A stretch of DNA of 20,000 nt. Source: an uncultured virus (IMG/VR IMGVR_UViG_3300029317_000049). Lineage: Duplodnaviria > Heunggongvirae > Uroviricota > Caudoviricetes. The notes beneath the pieces were generated by a model that saw only the letters and a list, made by a program, of their open reading frames with translations, did not search any database and was not told the DNA's origin. Shown here piece by piece: positions 18,155 through 20,000 of this stretch; within the stretch, counting starts at the first letter, position 1; the number at the start of each line of letters is the position of its first letter. The stretch lies in the IMG/VR virus record IMGVR_UViG_3300029317_000049; one strand, written 5' to 3'. Made by a program: the position numbers and the translations under genes.

Positions 18155-18574
18155 ATGGGTTTTTTTGATGGTTGGTTATCTGGCCCCGCTTCACCTATTG
18201 AGGCAATAGGCAAAGCGGGTGATTCTTTATTTACTTCCGACGAGGAACGTTTGCAGTTAAGTAATGATTTAGAAGAGATAAAGCAAAAGCCGCATTTAAT
18301 GCAAGCTTTAGCGAATGTTACCGCCGCAAATCATAGAAGTGTTTTTGTTGCGGGTGGCCGTCCGGCGCTTTTATGGGTTGCTGCGCTCGGGTTGTTTTTC
18401 TTTTTTCCTGTCAAATATGCTTTTGGCACTATGTTATGGATAAGGCATTCTTGGGATGCTGATAAGTTGTTAGCTTTTCCGTTTTCGGGGGATGGATTAA
18501 TGGAGTTGGTTGGCATGTTGTTGGGGCTTGGGCTTATGCGAACAGCCGAAAAATTAACAGGTAAAGCTAAGTAA
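18155..18574 (+). CDS. Holin of the 3TM (GTA-type) family
   Basis: DxLFTSDEER, HxSxFVAGxRP, C-terminal LLGLGxMRTxEK; hydrophobic segments; SD GGAGG at 18146-18150. Confidence 0.85.
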   Translation: MGFFDGWLSGPASPIEAIGKAGDSLFTSDEERLQLSNDLEEIKQKPHLMQALANVTAANHRSVFVAGGRPALLWVAALGLFFFFPVKYAFGTMLWIRHSWDADKLLAFPFSGDGLMELVGMLLGLGLMRTAEKLTGKAK

Positions 18575-18838
18575 CCAAGCAGTGCATTGTCATTGAAAAC
18601 AGTGGGGTTTATGATCAGCAAAGATTACATTAACCACGAATTGATTTTCACAGGCTTTGGTTCAGATGGCATACACCTACTTTATAGAGAGTACACGTTT
18701 AATGACATGGCTCGCACCGCATTTCAGCAAGAGTTGGTATACCCTATTAACTCAAAAGAAATAAGATTCAGGAATTACAATATTAAAGTAGCACCCAAAC
18801 TACCATCAGAACTAACATACACGGTAATGTCTGAATAA
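18575..18838 (+). pseudogene. C-terminal fragment of a conserved hypothetical (probably lipoprotein) gene
   Basis: ELIxxG...IxxxYRE..xDxARxAFxQxxxY...IxF...IxV...LxYxV is a pattern I recall from the C-terminal half of longer proteobacterial proteins; no signal peptide or convincing RBS; frame opens directly at the holin stop. Confidence 0.5.
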
Positions 18839-18873
18839 GAATAAACCTGGGAAGCTGTTCAAAGATTAATTAA

Positions 18874-18905
18874 AAAGACCATCGAGCGTAAGCAAGATGG
18901 TCTTT
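18874..18905. terminator. Bidirectional-type terminator hairpin near the prophage end
   Basis: AAAGACCATC (18874-18883) / GATGGTCTTT (18896-18905) 10-bp stem capped by GC-GTAA-GC. Confidence 0.75.
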
Positions 18906-18940
18906 CATTATGTGCAAAAGTGTTTCATTATACGCAACAA
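18901..18940 (+). repeat. Tandem 20-bp imperfect direct repeat
   Basis: TCTTTCATTATGTGCAAAAG / TGTTTCATTATACGCAACAA, 15/20 identical. Confidence 0.7.
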
Positions 18941-18943
18941 TTA

Positions 18944-18993
18944 GTTTTCTCAGTTATCGCAGTTTTATAACTAAGTTTTCGCGCTCGGCATCA
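18944..18993 (+). mobile_element. Mu-like right end (R2-R1 transposase sites and terminal CA)
   Basis: 30/50 ungapped identity to the Mu R-end as recalled from memory; internal repeat CTCAGTTATCGC (18949) / CTAAGTTTTCGC (18971) 22 bp apart; ends in TCA. Confidence 0.75.
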
Positions 18994-19020
18994 TTTTGCC
19001 CCTTAACGAGGGCTTTAGCA
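18994..19020 (+). other. Right arm (L'-R') of a degenerate integron attC site
   Basis: TTTTGCCCCTTAA-CGAGGGC-TTTAGCA resembles VCR-type attC ends (GCCCCTTAR...GGGCGTTAG) with a G>T change in the GTT core; a gene starts 15 nt later. Confidence 0.6.
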
Positions 19021-19035
19021 TTACTTGGAACATTT

Positions 19036-19446
19036 ATGGAAGAATCTAACTTTTTATGGGAGCACTTTAAGCTTCACGCAGATCAAAGAATTAAAGCATT
19101 TAATTTTTTTGTTATATTATCAATTTTTGCAGATGGTGGTGTGTTCACTGCTATAGCTAAAAGCTTCCCCCCATATTTGTTGATTGTCTTAGGTTTTTTT
19201 ATAATCGTATTATCAGGAATTTTTTGGATACTGGATATCCGCTCTCATAACTTGGTAAAGCTCTCTTATAAAGGGCTTAAAAAATATGAATCATCATTGG
19301 CTATTGAAAGTAGACTTTTTACTTTAGATTCAAGAAGGAAAAAAGGAATTTTCAGTTACACGAAAGCATTTGCACTTTTATTTAGCCTTCAAACTGCATT
19401 CGGCTTATTTGTTATGACACTAGGCTTGGTTAAAGCGTTATGCTAA
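19036..19446 (+). CDS. Small membrane protein (136 aa, about 3 TM helices) in a decayed integron cassette
   Basis: GGA at 19027-19029 before ATG 19036; hydrophobic helices; WxHFxxHAxQRxxxFNFF and FWxLDxR patterns; very AT-rich. Confidence 0.75.
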   Translation: MEESNFLWEHFKLHADQRIKAFNFFVILSIFADGGVFTAIAKSFPPYLLIVLGFFIIVLSGIFWILDIRSHNLVKLSYKGLKKYESSLAIESRLFTLDSRRKKGIFSYTKAFALLFSLQTAFGLFVMTLGLVKALC

Positions 19447-19466
19447 GCACTTCAAACGGAACAAAA
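19440..19466 (+). other. Left arm (R''-L'') remnant of the cassette's own attC
   Basis: ATGCTAA (19440-19446) is the reverse complement of TTAGCAT (19015-19021) and contains the stop codon; followed by GCACTTCAAACGGAACAAAA, consistent with TAAC-AAGCAC-TTCAAACGG missing 3 nt; no matching right arm downstream. Confidence 0.55.
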
Positions 19467-19568
19467 CCTAATCCGAAGTCTCGATTGTCTTTAAAAGCTA
19501 ATGTCTCGAATGTGGTAAATGTGATCATTAGCAATGTGCAATACATCCAACTATGAGAGGGATTAATT

Positions 19569-20000
19569 TTACTCTGTTTTCGTTATTACTTTGTCCATTA
19601 AAAATGTTGTCCAAATGTCCATTGCTTGCCGTTTTTCATTAATATAGTTATATCTGTCGTAGTGAATCGTTGATACGTCTGATTTATCATGCTGCTGCAG
19701 TATATCCCGCATTTCTTTACTAATACCCGCCGCCCCCATTAATGTTTTACATGTTCTCCTAAAATCACGCGGGGCAAATATTGGCATATCATGCTTTTTA
19801 CACCAACGTTGCAGTGACATTCTTAACGTTGACAAACTTGCATGTTCGTTAGCATTATCTCGATGCGGCCACAAGTGCCCTACTTTGTTTCTCATTAACG
19901 CGAGTTCAGTTATTAACTCTTTACCTAACGGTGAAATAGGTACCAGGTGATCACCACGTTTTCTCATTTTAATACGGTCTTTGGGTATGGTAAAAATACC
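19569..20000 (-). CDS. Tyrosine recombinase / P4-like island integrase, C-terminal part (5' end outside window)
   Basis: Frame open to 20000 (GIFTIPKDRIKMRKRGDHLVPIS); PRDFRRT (HxxR box variant), QQH, HYDRYxYxxEKRxAxxxW with the catalytic Tyr. Confidence 0.9.
   Translation of the reverse strand, partial: GIFTIPKDRIKMRKRGDHLVPISPLGKELITELALMRNKVGHLWPHRDNANEHASLSTLRMSLQRWCKKHDMPIFAPRDFRRTCKTLMGAAGISKEMRDILQQHDKSDVSTIHYDRYNYINEKRQAMDIWTTFLMDKVITKTE

Larger units (their letters stand above)
1..18993 (+). mobile_element. Mu-like transposable prophage with siphovirus-type tail, right part (left part outside window)
   Basis: Mu gene order F-G-I(Z)-T-gp35-gp36-gp37 followed by a tail module on one strand; ends in a 50-bp segment resembling the Mu R-end with terminal CA at 18992-18993. 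Confidence 0.9.

Noticed and set aside
11162..18574. Diversity-generating retroelement or invertible (Gin-type) host-range switch
   Set aside because: No reverse transcriptase, invertase, duplicated variable repeat or inverted fibre copy was seen in the window.
9..18621. Short alternative-frame and antisense ORFs in the track (e.g. 9-281, 203-523, 2534-2794, 6558-6770, 10048-10374, 18331-18621)
   Set aside because: All overlap well-supported phage genes, lack recognisable motifs and look like shadows of the coding strand.
18910..19035. 178-aa version of the membrane protein
   Set aside because: The extension runs across the Mu end and attC arm; ATG 19036 has an SD-like GGA and begins the protein-like sequence.
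19569..20000. Integrase as an integron IntI, as this phage's own integrase, or as inactive because HxxR reads RDFR
   Set aside because: It lacks the IntI-type HxLRHSFATHLL box, lies outside the transposon-type end, and PRDxRRT is a variant I recognise from intact island integrases; the other catalytic residues are present.
1..20000. CRISPR array, tRNA or rRNA genes
   Set aside because: No regularly spaced repeats or RNA gene signatures were seen; non-coding gaps are short and otherwise explained.

Overview
Positions 1-18993 are the right half of a Mu-like (transposable) prophage in an AT-rich genome, probably a marine gammaproteobacterium (inference from protein style and composition). It has a Mu-type head module (F, G, I/Z, T, gp35/36/37-like) joined to a non-contractile siphovirus tail (tube, frameshifted chaperone, tape measure, Dit, a large mosaic tailspike, L/K/J-like tip), then a 3TM holin and a truncated gene. 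It stops at a recognisable Mu-like right end (...GGCATCA, 18993). Highlights: (1) the MuF head protein has a C-terminal zinc metallopeptidase with an anthrax-lethal-factor-like signature, followed by a coupled 76-aa candidate immunity gene; (2) the prophage seems to have transposed into an integron attC site, and the flanking host DNA is a decayed gene cassette for a small membrane protein, next to a P4-like tyrosine integrase; (3) the G-I intergenic region shows 10-bp periodicity where Mu has its strong gyrase site. All family assignments come from motif recognition and gene order, not database searches.
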